Shown here piece by piece: positions 41,266 to 56,770 of a DNA stretch of 64,000 nucleotides (its first letter is position 1; every line of letters starts with the position of its first letter). The notes under the pieces were generated by a model. That model was not told where the DNA came from and ran no database searches. It saw nothing but the letters and a program-made list of their open reading frames with translations. Made by a program: the position numbers and the translations under genes. Location: positions 1,674,001 to 1,738,000 of the forward strand of contig OX597837.1 of assembly GCA_951406725.2 (NCBI GenBank), in the 5' to 3' direction. The DNA comes from Octopus vulgaris (lineage: Eukaryota).

Positions 41266-43104
41266 AAAACGGAAATCGAAGTGATTCAATGAAACGTGGA
41301 ATTCGTTGAGATTCCTTGTCAACGCTTTACTACTTTTACATAATATTATGGTCGTATTTACTGTTCAACTCTGGCCCAACAGCGATCCGTGAGGGCTGGG
41401 ATCGAAAGCGTTCCCCCTAGATATCGTTTCAATCAACTGATGAAGCATAGTGTAGCTAAGACAGCAGTGATGTAGTAGTTCTTCGGTTCAGCTTGATGAA
41501 ATACACACGACGGGCTTCTTTCAATTTCGATCTCCCAATTCCACTCACAAGTCTTTGGTCGGCCCTTAGTCACAGAAAGACGCCGTGGGACTGTACCTAG
41601 AACCATGTCGTTGGGAAATGATATTCACAGCGAATTGTTAGAACACAACATATTTATTCAATTGAGTAAAAGTTTTTTTGTTTTTGTGGTGGTGGGGCGA
41701 GTTTCATATTAATTACGAAATAAGAAAAGAATTGACAAACGGCGCATTGAAACGTGAATTCTGGTGCGACAGCCAGAGCATGTTTATTTCAAAAAGCATG
41801 TTATATGATACAGAAGACAAAAAGGCTGTAACATAACCTACAGTGGTGAATGCTACTTCTCTTGTAAAACATAAGGATGTGATTACCATTATATCAAGGT
41901 GACATAAGACATTTGACAGTCCAAATTAAAAGACACACCTTTTTCTTTTTTAGCTAGGGTCACACATGCCAGCGGAAATGTTTTTTCTTTATCTAAACAC
42001 TAACAAATAAACTCTGTAATACAAACATTATTCCTTTATTTTAAAATGTGTGGTAGAAATCTTTTATTTTCTCTGAAGTCTTCACGTAGCCCCCATCGTT
42101 TCACATCTAATTACGTTCTTCAGGAGACGATGTCGATAACGGCTAAGGTAATTCCCGTTTATATGGTGTTAGATTGGCAGTTTTGGTACACACATCGGGA
42201 TTTATTTAAACGCACGCACACACACACACGCACACACACACACACACACACACATACACACACACACAAAGACATATACATGCATAATATCACGCGCACA
42301 CAAGCATAATGGATGCATACAGTAAATATGGAGGGAGGGAGTGTACGAAAGGGGATATAGATCAAATGTATCTGGATAAATAGTTAAGACTGCATCAAAG
42401 ATCTATAGATCGAACTATTGATTGATAAACAAGGTTTACCGACAACAGAAGCGGGGAGAAGCAGAAAAGTAAGAAATATAAGGAGAGGAGGAGGATAAGG
42501 AAGAGGGTGAGAAGTAGCGGAAGGAAGGGTAGATAGGACTTTTTATAATATTAGGCGGGAAATACTCGTGTGTACCATATTTATTAATAGAAGGACAAAG
42601 AAAGAGGAAAAAAAACGAAGAAACAGCACAGAAGCACAGATATACCCATAGTATTGCTCCAACATGGCCATAATCGCTGTTGTTTAAATTACGAGGACTA
42701 AAGGACTAAAGAACAACGGACATTTACATTTATTAGAATGGAATATATAAGGAAATAAGAAATAAATATAACCAAAAAAAAACGCTACAAAAAAGAAAGA
42801 AAGAAATGTGTTTTGTGTGTTTGTGCCTTTCGAGATTTCGGATTCGTATAATTCTACAATTACTTATGTGTAGACACACGGCATTGATGGAATGGTACAT
42901 TGGTAAGTAGAGACGTCGAGGAAGATGGATATAGTGTGTGAAAAAGAGAGTGAATATGTGTGGAGAGAGAGAGAGAGAGACGGAGATAGGGGATGAGAAA
43001 AATTGTCAAGGGGCTATGTATATATATATATATATATTTATAGGGATAAATAGACACATACACCACAAACATATACATATTTTCCAACATATACATATAT
43101 AAAT

Positions 43105-43137
<33 letters not shown>

Positions 43138-43254
43138 CATACTGTATGTGCATTCATGCAGACATACGAACACGCAAACATCCACAAACACACACACACA
43201 CATCCACAAACACACACACACACACACACACGCACATACACACACACATACACA

Positions 43255-43304
<50 letters not shown>

Positions 43305-43859
43305 CATATATATATAAACAAGACATGAGAATCACAGCAGAGCCATTCTTCAGAAGACCATCCCGATAGAACAATACACATCGCACGCAACAGAACTCAC
43401 ACATATTTCAATATTTGGTCGTTCTTACTCTTTCTTTTTATTCTTATTACAACTGTTTACTTGTTTATTTTACTTTCTGTTTTTGTTGCTTGTTTTTCTT
43501 CACATTGTTTTATTGTTCTTACTTTTCGTTTCGTATTGCATTTTTTTTCATGTAATTCTCTGTTTTCCGTTTTTTTTGTTTGCATGTTGTTATATTTGTT
43601 TATATTTTATTCTATTTTGCGGTGGGTGGTGGTGGTGGTGGTGGTGGTGGTGGTGGTGGGTAGCTTCTCGTTTCTTACTTTTTTTTTCCTGTTTTGTGTT
43701 CTTTTATGTATTTTCAAGTATTTACTGCAGACTTTGGCGTGGAATCTATTACATCTGAAGAATGTCAGTCACTTGACCCGCGCACAGATCGATCTTAAGT
43801 TACTGTACCGATTGCAAGGAATTGCTAAACCACCACCAATACCATCCTCTGCTACACAC

Positions 43860-43904
<45 letters not shown>

Positions 43905-44106
43905 ATGCTTGTTTTATGTCAAGTAATAAAAACAATTTTACATTCAACTGAAGGATTCCAAAATAGTTTTCCATGGAGTTTATATATGTTTTACTTTTAC
44001 AAAAAGAGTGGTGATAAGGACTTCGAAGTTTCGGGCTGCTAGACTTCGTCGGGCAGTTTGGTGGTGGCTAGGGCATGGAAACTTCTTGTGAAACTAAGAC
44101 ACAATA

Positions 44107-44179
<73 letters not shown>

Positions 44180-44432
44180 ACGCGTATACGTATGTAATAT
44201 CCTCTTCATGATCATCATCAGTAGTAGTACTAGTAGTAGTAGTTGTTGATTCTTTCTGACTCGTTGCTATGTGTGTTACATTTCCGGTTGTTCCATCACG
44301 AATATCGTTTGATCAATCGGAAGCGTGAAACATGTAGCGTTTCAAGAAGTATCATAAATATATATACTCCAGATTTTCCACTACATGAGTTTAACTTATG
44401 TAAAAAATGTACAAATGCTTCACACATTATAA

Positions 44433-44468
<36 letters not shown>

Positions 44469-44699
44469 TTGTATGTGTGTATGTGTATGTGTGTGTGCAT
44501 GTGTGTGCATGTGCGTGTGCACAGACACGTATTCAATATATGCATCGTCCACTAATACTATATTTGTTCCACATCCTCACGTTGTTGTGTTTTCTTTGTG
44601 TGTTCATGTTTGGATTAACTATATATATATATACATATATATATGTGTGTGTGTGCATAAATATATATCCATATATATATATATATATATACAAAAATA

Positions 44700-45004
<305 letters not shown>

Positions 45005-45589
45005 GTATATACATATACATATAGTAGAAGACACTATCTCAAAGGGTCCACGCAGTGAGATTGAACCCGGAACGATGTGACTGAGAAGCAAAACGTCCTA
45101 CCACACATCCACGTCTGCACCAGTGTGTGAGAAGTGTAGGAACTTGTGCAATGGCCATGGATTTCTTCGTAGAAATAACGTCATAGTCTTCCTAACTTTC
45201 TGTATGTGTGTGTGTGTGTGTGTGTGGTGTGCGTGAAGGAGGGGTATTGATATTCAGAAGTTTTGCATTAAGATGGTTACATTGGTAGCAGCGTCGTTTG
45301 GGAAAAATAGAAATGGTATAAGATACCATGTCGATGGTATCAGTAGAATGGATGCTGAGGGTAATGGTAGGGCGTAGTGATGTTGGTGGGGGTGGTGATG
45401 GTGGTCTCTTATTGGTCATATAACCGTAGCTTTAACAAGAGCCCAGCTCATCTTGCTTGTATCAATTCTTTAGAATCCTTGATATGCACGGATGCGAATA
45501 CGGAACTACATGTGCATGCACGCGCGTGTGTGTGTATAAAAATAAAAGCGTATAGATACTTACATATAAATGCATGTGTACACACACGC

Positions 45590-45634
<45 letters not shown>

Positions 45635-47378
45635 GTAGAGAAACGAAAGCTATCCTCATAGTCCTGCAACGTGCTATGGTGGGAGATAAGAATGAAAGAG
45701 TAGGTTATCTAAAGGAAGATTGAAGATGTAACAGCTGAAAGGAGATAGTATATATACCAACAATGATGTGGTACTTTATTTATCGACCTCGGATGGATGA
45801 ACGAATTAGTTACCCATGGCATGATTTGATCTCACGTTGCAAAGAGCATAAACAAATGAGAGACAAGATTAGAAAAAACGATTCTACATGAACCTCACCA
45901 CCATATATATATATATATATACAGCTGATATATAAACATATATATATATTGCATGCATGCAGGTGTGTACGTGAGAAAGTATTGTTTCTAATCTGCAATA
46001 TCATATACACTTTCCGGAGGATCAAATATTTTGGCAATTCCATATAAATTTTCCATATATTGCTTGGGGGCTATCTTTAGATACAATTGTGTGAATCTGA
46101 TCTGATCCGCACTCGCACGCAGCTGTATATGCATGCACATATATGCACGTACATATATATGTGGACATATATATATCAACATAAAAAAGCTTGTGGGAGA
46201 TGCATACAAATGCAACTGCTGGTATGAATTATTAATGTGAAGTGTGATTTCTTCGGCGCCTTGACTAGTAAATATATTCCCCAAAAGACAAAAGGCGAAT
46301 AAAAATATACACTCTCACATTAAAAAAATATTTACATTGTTAGAAAGTGAATATAGTGATACTACAGGCTAAATATATAAGTACAGAAATACAAACAATC
46401 AAAAAAAGCGAAAGAACTCAATACATGGGGCGAAATAAATATTTTCCGAGGTGAATACTCACATAACCATCAACTATGATCGTCTCCCACACCAGTACAC
46501 CAGTTAGACGGCAGGATTCAGGCGTTCTTGTGTGTGTATGTGTGTGTGGTATGCTTTATTTAAATCATAAAGTCCGGATTTTATGGTTTATACAGCCTTC
46601 ATGAAACATTTTTATCGATCATATCTTCTAGATTTCACCTGCATGAACACTCGACGTTCAATTTCTTTGTATTGGATCATTATGTGGATTGTTAACCGAG
46701 TCTGTAAGAGGAGCTTTCTGTGAGAGTCACACGATTTTCATTAAATCACTTTCCATGCACAGCAATCCTCAGTTGCATAAGTACATAGAATTAAATTGAA
46801 TAAAAACAGATGGACACATTAGTATAATTTTACCTAAAATCACCAAGAAGGTACTGTCTTTACTTCAGCTTAGAAGCTACAAAGGTATCAGGTAGAAACA
46901 CTTGTTCGAGAAACACTTGTTGCAAGAAAAATTAAATATTAAAAGAAAAAACGCATTTGGCCAAATTTGGACATATTGCACATTAATATGATAGCAATGA
47001 TATTTATACACACACATACCACACGCAACCTTCAACATTTTCTATACAACGGGTTCTTAAGCGCTATTATTCACCGTTCCAAAAGAAGTTTTCAAGCTTT
47101 CTCAAAGTTCCCAAATGGCGTGTGTGTGTGTGTGCGTATGTGTATGTGTGTGTGTGTTCATGCCTATATAAATTCGTATGTATATATGAATCTGTGTATA
47201 GATATTGTAAAAATCGTCTATGATCAAATACATTCATATCAAAAGAACTATCTTTTTTCGTATGTGATATCTGTGAGAGTTTTACGTTTTAAATACGTCC
47301 TTCCAGACAGGAATATCGATTACATATTTCATGATATCGCATCTCTCATTTACACCTTAAAAAGTCGCCAAATATACT

Positions 47379-47433
<55 letters not shown>

Positions 47434-47591
47434 ACCTTGAAACATAGGCTGTGACCAGATGCATAACAAAATGTTTTGACACCTTGAAATATATTTCATT
47501 ATCGCCATAGCAAAGAAACCTAAGCAGACAACGATATCAATCTTTCTGATATAATTGTAAAGTATGACTCTTGCACCTAACGAATACATAC

Positions 47592-47634
<43 letters not shown>

Positions 47635-47952
47635 GATAATAATAATAACGATATTAATAATTATATATATATATATGATGGTAGTTGCGCTTAGTCCAAA
47701 GAAGAGGGCTCTACCATTACTTGCTGAACAACCGGCGCAAGTCATTTGCTTATCGTGATCAAATAATTGTGCTGCACAATACCTCTCTTCCTCCATCAAA
47801 TCTACGTTTCCTGAACAGATGCAATTTGTGCCACACATCAAGTGTCGAAGTGATCAACGAGTAATGTGGAATGAAGTGTTTTACACAAGAACACAACGCA
47901 CACCCCGTCCAGGAATCCAAATGACGTGGTTGCGGTCTGGAGTTCAACGACC

Positions 47953-48024
<72 letters not shown>

Positions 48025-48059
48025 AACATATATATGTATATATATATATATATATATAC

Positions 48060-48129
<70 letters not shown>

Positions 48130-48264
48130 CGTTATACTATGCAGTTTGTGACTGATGACTGCGCGGAGATGTTATGTGTTATAAATCATTATTAGCCATG
48201 TTCCAAGCAGAAGAGACTATCAGTAGCACATAACAAGGTCGACATTCTCAACAACTCCAAATAT

Positions 48265-48496
48265 ATATTTCTTTACTACCCACAAGGGGCTAAACACAGA
48301 GGAGACAAACAACGACAGACAAACGGATTAAGTCGATTACATCGACCCCAGTGCGTAACTGGTACTTAATTTATCGACCCCGGAAGGATGAAAGGCAAAG
48401 TCGACCTCGGCGGAATTTGAACTCGGAACGTAACGGCAGACGAAATACAGCAACGCATTTCGCCCGGCGTGCTAACGTTTCTGCCAGCTCGCCGCT
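48265..48496 (-). mobile_element. SINE B, full-length copy
   Basis: Reverse complement of 55280-55510, including the long 3' variant. Confidence 0.9.
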
Positions 48497-49151
48497 TTCA
48501 AATATATTGTAGACATACTCTGGAAACAGACTGGGTTCAAATATAACTATATTTTCGATGTTATTAGCAGTATGACTAGATTTGATTAATGGAATTTCAA
48601 TGCAGGTTTTATCAACTGGTTGCCCGGATTAGAATAAATAGTAGTCTGAAGGACTCCTGAATTCAATATAGTGGGGTTTCGTCCATCTGTGATAATCTGT
48701 CTTCTGCCTCTCTAAACTTTGGTCCTTATGAAGAAATTCGCGTCAGTTAGAGATCTCAGCGTTAACCTTTGCCTAAACTGGACACATTTCCTGGAATATT
48801 CTGAGCTCTTGGAACTCCCCTTTTGAAACGATACAAAAATCGAAAAGCTTGGTTGTTTCCCATGCGACTTTGTAGTTCGACTTAAGGCCGGAAAGAATTT
48901 CAACTGGGCCATGTTCTTTGACCATTGAGAACTACTCTTAACGAAAATTGCGTAGAGAACTTAATAGCAACGTGGGAAACTCAGAGTAACGAATGAATAA
49001 ATCACCAGCTGCTGACTCATCTGAGTGCGTATGGGTGTGTGCATGAGAATAAGAATTTCAATATTCTTCACAAAACCTGACAGTTTTATTACATTAAATC
49101 ATACAAGAACTTTCCTCATAAACTGACACAGAAGAATTTAAAAGAGAGCGA

Positions 49152-49205
<54 letters not shown>

Positions 49206-49277
49206 TAATAATAATAATAATAATAATAAGAAGAAGTGCAAATCATAACAAAAATGCCAACGGCGTTATTATTATTA

Positions 49278-49342
<65 letters not shown>

Positions 49343-50206
49343 TAACTTATTTAGCAACTGAGTTTGGTAAATAAAACTGCGCTTTTATTCATTCGTTAAC
49401 TCTTCTACGAAATAAGAATTTGAACAACAATAAAAAAACAATAACAAGTCTAACAAATATAACAAAAGCAATTTCTCAACAACAACAACAACAAAGCCTT
49501 TAACAATTTTATAGGAGTGTTTCTTCTTTTCTTTTCTTTTATTTCCCCCCTTTAAAATGTCCGCTTTTCTGAATTGTCAAATTTAAAGGTATTGTTGGTT
49601 AATTAACGACGATGTTAAAGGCAGAAACAAGATGGCGCCCATTTCATTCTCGAATGGCTTTAGTTTCAATAGAGATAACAATAAGTTGAGTAATGAGTAA
49701 TTTTGAACGAGTGACAAGGTTTAAATAGAGGCGTTGTCATCGATAACAAAAGGGAGATAATTCCTATTGTGGCTACGGAGAGGGATTTTTGTAAAACAAG
49801 GAGTGTCACAAACGGACTACTGTCTCAGTATGTTTGTGCGTGTGTATATCAATGTACACAATGTGTTTGTGTGTGTGTATGTGTGTGTATTTGAATCAAC
49901 GCGAGCGTTCAGTTCTGTATGTGAGTGTGTAGACGTACTTATTAAAGAAATAAGCTCTCGCACACAAATGAAAGTTGACAATTACATCTATCTGTCCTTC
50001 TATTGATATATATATTTATCGATGTATACATACATACACACATTATATATGTGTGTGTTTTTTATTCACCCTTACGAATGTATAATATATACAATGTACG
50101 AAAGTACAGTGTATATAATACTGTACCCAGTAATGATTCGCATATGCGTGCGAATGTGTGTGTTTATATATAAGTATATGTGTGTCGTGGTGGACTGGAA
50201 ATGATT

Positions 50207-50420
50207 GTTCTTTTCTACTCTAGGTCCAAGGCCCGAAATTTGAGTGGGGGAGCGGGCCAGTCGATTAGATCGACCCTAGTCCGCAACTGGTACTTAATTT
50301 ATCGACTTCGAAAGAATGAAGGTCAAAGTTAACCTCGGCGGAATTTGAACTCAGAACGAAGCGGCAGACGAAATACGGGTAAGCATTTCGCCCGGCGTGT
50401 TAATGTTTCCGCCAGTTTGA
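50207..50420 (-). mobile_element. SINE B
   Basis: Reverse-complement consensus. Confidence 0.8.
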
Positions 50421-51424
50421 CACCTTGGACTGGAAGAATAGTTATGGCTTCGAGAAGACTGCGATGGTGCATTTGCGTCTGAGTTAAAATCGCCATGCTG
50501 CAGCCAATTTTTACTATTTCACCATTCGACATCGATACTATAAAGTACCAGCCAACTATTAAGGTCTATGAAAGCGGCTAACCCTTCTCCTCAAAAGTTT
50601 GCTGCTCTTGTGCCTAAATTTTAAAGATATGTGTGTGTGCGTGCGTGTGTGTATGTGTGTGTGTGTGTGTGAGTGTGTCTGTGTGTGTGTGTGCCCACCA
50701 TCGCTTGACGACAACGATTGGTAAAACAGACGGGTAGGATTCAAAACAAAAAATGCCGAAGTCGATTCGTGTGACTAAGATCCTTAAACGCGGTGCCCCA
50801 GCATGACCACAATTACATGGCTGAAACAAGTAAAAGGTAAAAGATATACACACACACACACACACACATGTTCGTGACTCTGAATGTTCTGATATATTAT
50901 GACCCTAGATCAGAGCTGTCTTTTAAGTGATAGCCATATCAATCACTGTAAAATTATCGATATATTAGGTATAAAATATAATTGCCTCTTGATAATGATA
51001 GACTTATCGACAAAACACTTGCAGTTTAAACGTCAATCGATAATGATATAATACAAAATATTTTTTCATTATTTTCTCATTTATACTGTATCCGGCGTTG
51101 CATTTGAAACCGCGAAGTAATATTTTGAAAACATGATTTTCATAGGACAACACAGTCCCAGCCACGACCTTTCATCTGATTTAGATTAAATTTCACTGAT
51201 GCTTTTTGATTATTCTAACAAATGTAGAAACCAGGTAAAGAATCGAAGCTCTAATATTGCAGACACAGGACTTGCTTTTACGTCTTTCAATTGTTTCAAT
51301 CATTTGACTGCAGCTGGAACACGACCCTGAAAAGATTTCAAGGAAACAAATCGAACCCCGTAAAGTCTGGTTCTTCTTTTATCAATTATATTTGCGGAAT
51401 CACTAAGGAACAAACACCGGCTCT

Positions 51425-51486
<62 letters not shown>

Positions 51487-51514
51487 ACGTATATATATAT
51501 ATATATATATATAT

Positions 51515-51787
51515 CAGATGTTGCTACACATCGCTGGTCACAATGCGTTCGCATTGTTTTAGCCTTCGAGTGACGCCACCTCGCTGGCCAAGCGACCAGG
51601 CCAACAGAAGAGTGAGAGAAAGAGTGGTGAAAGAGTACAGCAGGGATAACCACCACCCCCTGCCGGAGCCTCGTGGAGCTTTTTAGGTGTTTTCGCTCAA
51701 TAAACACACACAAACCCCGGTCTGGGAATCGAAACCGCGATCCTACGACCGCGAGTCCGCTGCCCTAACCACTGGGCCATTGCGCCT
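51515..51787 (-). mobile_element. SINE C, full-length copy
   Basis: Minus strand ggcgcaatggcccagtggttagggcagcggactcgcggtcgtaggatcgcggtttcgattcccagacc... Confidence 0.9.
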
Positions 51788-51804
51788 CCACACACACACA
51801 CACG

Positions 51805-51836
<32 letters not shown>

Positions 51837-52720
51837 GGTAAACAGTAAAAATAATTACAGACATGGACAAGAACATGAAACACCACAGAGACGACACAAG
51901 AACCACAGGACGGGACATTCGAAGCCCTCAGTCATCAGTCAAGAACCAGATCATCTTAGCAATTTCGGCTGATTAATCTTAGAAGAAAGAGACAGATCGA
52001 GGGGACTGGAGGTGAGAGAGATAGAGAAACGTAGAAGGGGGGGGAAGACGGATGGAGAGGGAAAGAAAGGAAGGGGAATAAGGGAGGAGAGAGAGAGAGA
52101 GAAAGAGACAGATCAAGAGTCGTATCAATGCTAGAGAAAAAAAATATATATACTTATCGTATAAGGACAATTGTGGATACGTAGCCGCCGATTATATAGG
52201 TAAACAGTAAAAATAATTACAGACATGGACAAGAACATGAAACACCACAGAGACGACACAAGAACCACAGGACGGGACATTCGAAGCCCTCAGTCATCAG
52301 TCAAGAACCAGATCATCTTAGCAATTTCGGCTGATTAATCTTGAGATTGCTCCGATTTGGGCAACCCGCCAAGGGAAATCTAAGCCAAGCGCATTAGATC
52401 CCCTGGAAGAAAGCTTCGAATGTATACAACACGAGGACGGAAAACGAACGAAGTACACGAACAAAAATACAGAATACGTGACACCAATAAGAATACAAAA
52501 ACGTAAAAACAATAACGGTAAAAATAAAAAACAAAACAAAACCAGGACGTAGGACAAGGGTCTTTCGACAGGACGAGTTGAGTTTAGGGCTGGCTTATGA
52601 AGTTGTGCCTAATGGCCGCGGGGAGACGAACAAATACGTGTTGCTTCGGCGACTGCTGGAACGAAAAGAGCGCTCAACAGTGGCTAGCGGTCACGTGAGA
52701 ACAAAGGACAGGAGAAAGGG
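51837..52720. mobile_element. Unclassified (TA)n-flanked element with a 144-bp direct repeat (Penelope pLTR-like layout)
   Basis: 51837-51980 and 52199-52342 appear identical; (TA)n lies at both outer ends. Confidence 0.6.
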
Positions 52721-52826
52721 TATATATATATATTTTCGTGATTTGGAGATTTGACATCTCTTTTCAGTATGTAAGGAGACTGCTAAGTTGTTCTTCTCTT
52801 TCAGTGTGTAATTTATACACACACAC

Positions 52827-52910
<84 letters not shown>

Positions 52911-52925
52911 TATATGTATGTATTA

Positions 52926-53100
52926 GTTGAAATTTACAGAAAAACAAAAGACGAAGACGGATGTATAAACGACAGGCAGATGTGTTAGTTTGACTCTCTT
53001 TTCAGGAAAGTGAGAAAGTCTCTTACGTTTCGAGCCTACGCTCTTCAACGAGGAAATAAACAGAGTGAGAATAAAATCACTTTTGGATTTAGCGGTCAAT
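52926..53100 (-). mobile_element. Penelope-like end with a decayed hammerhead motif
   Basis: Minus strand cgttga-a-gagc-gtag-gctc-GAAACGTA at about 53019-53055. The terminal part is similar to 4160-4234. Confidence 0.5.
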
Positions 53101-53638
53101 CACGAGTTGCAGAGTTTCCGTCAACCAGAGGCACTCATAAGGCATCGATCGGTCCAGAATAGAAGACAGTCGCCTAAGGGGCTAGGCAGTGGGCCTGAAC
53201 CAGACACCACGTTGTTGCAATGAGTGTTTCTTAATCACTCACATATATATATATATATATGCATATAAAATGTGCGTGCGTGTGTGTATATATACAGAGG
53301 CTAAATGTATTCAATAAGTTTTGAAGAACTAATTTAGATTTTCTTTTACGCAAGCCCCAAATTCTTAGTACCATTCCTACTATCGCGATACAAACTGCAG
53401 TTTATCGCTGGCAGAGTGAATCGGCTGCTAATTCGTATGATCATGTGTCTGTATGGCTTTGCCAGCGTCTCTATATCGTTATCCGTGACTATAGTTGTAT
53501 GCAAGTGAGCCAATATGAACCATTAGAATAGACGAAGACAAACGGTCCACCTGTTCTCCTCTCCATTATCACAAATCTACTTCATACCCTTTTCTGCAAT
53601 ATTATGCGTACACTACGCCATATTTTCTTCTCCTCCCC

Positions 53639-53695
<57 letters not shown>

Positions 53696-53847
53696 ACTCT
53701 CTCTCTGTCTCCCATTCTTCCTTTCTCTCCCTCTTCAGAACTGAGAATTCGATCAGGTGTTTTCAAATTATTGAATTTGATGCTGATTAAAGACATTGAT
53801 GAAGAGAATGTGCGATGAAACTGTATGACAACAGTACGTGATACACA

Positions 53848-53891
<44 letters not shown>

Positions 53892-53895
53892 AGCA

Positions 53896-53990
<95 letters not shown>

Positions 53991-54103
53991 CGTGCATACA
54001 CACAATGCACGTATGCACATAGCCATATCTACTTATATAGACACACTGACACATATATGTATATATTTATACTTTTATATGTGTATGTATGTACGTATGT
54101 ATG

Positions 54104-54196
<93 letters not shown>

Positions 54197-54963
54197 GTAT
54201 ATGTATATTTTGTGTGTATGTGAATAGGTTTTGTATTAATCTTTTTCCTGATGCTTCTCGCCTTCGCTCTCTCTAACCTCCATCTCGGTCTGAGTCGCTA
54301 TGCATACAGGTACACACACATATCCACACACACAGACATATATCCTCACAGACACATATACACACACACGCATATATACATATATAAAATTATATTTGAT
54401 AGTCCCTGTGAGAGGGTGTAGAAGAATGAAAATGATAACAAGAGCGGTAGAGTGTGTGCGTGCGTCTGGTTTCTCCTATCAGTGATCTCTTCCATCGCAA
54501 TTCTGAGATTGTATCTAATTGCAAGACAATATATGGTGCTACGCTTCTGTTTCTCCATCATCTTGTACGATCGCGGTCTCTTACTCTCTCTCTCTCTCTC
54601 CTTCTCTCTCCTTATCTCTCCTTCTCTCTCTCTCTCTTTCTCTCTCTCTCTTTCTCTCTCTCCGTCGGTTATCTCTTTATCTTAATAGCATTCTTATCTC
54701 TCTAACTTTATCTTTCCCCTCTTCTTGTACTTTTGTCCCCGCTTCTCCATCTTCACTTTACATCTTTCTTCCCACCCCTCACGTCCTTCATACGTCTCAG
54801 TCCTCTGCTAACTCGCTATCATAATCTCATCGAGCTATTAACAGATACTTAATTAAAGGATTTCTCTGTAATTAAAACTAGCGAAGTTGTGAGTCGAAAA
54901 TAAATTGTGGCCTTGGATAGGCTGGTCTCTAACCGTAAATTATCATTCTTGTTATTATTATCA

Positions 54964-55207
54964 AGGCGGCTCGCTGACAGAATCGTTAGCACGCCGGGCA
55001 AAATGCTTAGCGGTATTGCGTCCGTCGCTAGGTTCTGAGTTCAAATTCCGCCGAGGCCAACTTTGCATTTCATCCTTACGGGGTCGATTAAATAAGTACC
55101 CATTACATCGATCCGAATTCGTGTACCAATTACGCTCTCAGATCAATGTAATCGACTTAAACCCTTCCTCCAAATTTGAAGCATTGTGCATGCAGTAGAA
55201 AGGATTA

Positions 55208-55257
<50 letters not shown>

Positions 55258-55900
55258 ATTATCATCATCATCATCATCAAGGCGGTGAGCTGGCAGAACA
55301 GTTAGCACGTCGAGCGAAATGCTTAGCAGTATTTCGTCTGCCGCTACGTTCTGAGTTCAAATTCCCCCGAGGTCGACTTTGCCTTTCATCCTTTCGGGAT
55401 CGATTAAATAAGTACCAGTTACGCACTGGGGTCGATATAATCGACTTAATCCGTTTGTCTGTCCTTGTTTGTCCTCTCTGTGTTTGGCCCCTTGTGGGTA
55501 GTAAAGAAATAGGTATTTCTTCTGCCGCTATGTTCTTGAGTTCAAATTCCAGCGAGGTCGACTTTGCCTTTCATCCCTTCGGAGTCAATAAATTAGGAAC
55601 AAGTACAGGGGTCGATGGGATCGACTATCCCGCTTCCCACAAATTTCAGACCTTGTGCCTATAATACAACGGATTACTATTATTATGAAGACAACGAACT
55701 GGTAGAATTATTGCACGCCAGTCGAAATGCTTAACGGCATTTTATCAGTCTACGTGCTCTGAGTTCAAATTCTACTCAGTTTGACTTTGCCTTCTATCTG
55801 TTTCGGGGTCGATAAAATAAATACCAGTTGAACACTGGAGTCGATGCAATCGGCTTACCTCTTTCCCCGAAATTGCTGGCTATGTGTCAAAATTTGAAAT
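54964..55900 (+). mobile_element. Tandem array of four SINE B copies separated by (ATT)n
   Basis: Units at about 54964, 55280, 55511 and 55690. Confidence 0.85.
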
Positions 55901-56519
55901 CTATTATTATTATGATTATTATTATTATTGAGTGGGAGAGCAGTGCATGCCATCAAAGTGACACAGAGGTAAAATATACGAAGCCCAGTATACCCATCAT
56001 GACTACCCGTCTGATAAGGTTAAACCAGGCACATGCATCACAACCATATGTGCGCGACATGGTGATCTCATATCAAGATAAACAGCACATGACCTTGCAG
56101 GTGGGGGCCCAGTTAGAATTTTCTTCTGGTCGAGTAGCCCATCCTGCTCAAAAGGTCCCTGAATAAGGATCGTTTAAGGATGTTGAACGAACCACCCATG
56201 TTTCCAAAGGTGAATTATCCAAACCTCTAAGAATTCCTTTCAACACATGGCTATGATGCTCCCCATTATTTCTGCTAGTGATCAGACATGCATATATCGT
56301 CAGCTACTAAGGGACATCTGTAACTGGTTAATGTCAAACAACAGACAAGCAAATCTGTGGTATTGAGCAGAATAGTTGCTGTAGCCCATCTTTTATACCA
56401 AGACAAAACAATGTACATGATATCACTTCCAATCAGTTATGATCAGCAGCTATGAGAGCCATTGCCTGGTACTGCATCAGGGCATTTAGAGCCATTGCCT
56501 GGAACTGCATCATGACATT

Positions 56520-56770
56520 GAGAGCCATTGTCGAGGGATCGCGGGTTCGAATCTCAGACCGGGCGATGTGTATGTTTATGAGCGAAACACTTAAGTTCCA
56601 TGCAGCTCCGGCAGAAGGTAACGCCAATTTCTGCTGACTCTTTCGCCACAACTTTTGTCTCACTCTTTCCTCCTGTATCTTGCAGCTCACCTGCGACGGA
56701 CCGGCATCTCGTCCAGGTGGGGAACCTGTACGCCAAAGAAACCGGGCATGGCTCGAGAAGGAACAAAATG
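56520..56770 (+). mobile_element. SINE C-related diverged copy
   Basis: ggatcgcgggttcgaatctcagaccgggcg..gagcgaaacacttaagttcca..gctccggcag. Confidence 0.65.

Noticed and set aside
42079-42147. Acceptor/donor pair (ctctgaag..AAG|gtaatt) as the next FAS1 exon
   Set aside because: The required phase 1 gives an immediate stop, and there is no FAS1 motif.
51715-51787. tRNA-like sequence (also at 38544)
   Set aside because: It continues into a shared SINE C body and lacks a proper acceptor stem, so it is a SINE head and not a tRNA gene.
54905-55664. Recurrent peptide LARRAKCLAVFRLPLRSEFKFRRGRLCLSSFRG in several ORFs, suggesting a gene family
   Set aside because: It is the SINE B sequence read in one frame.
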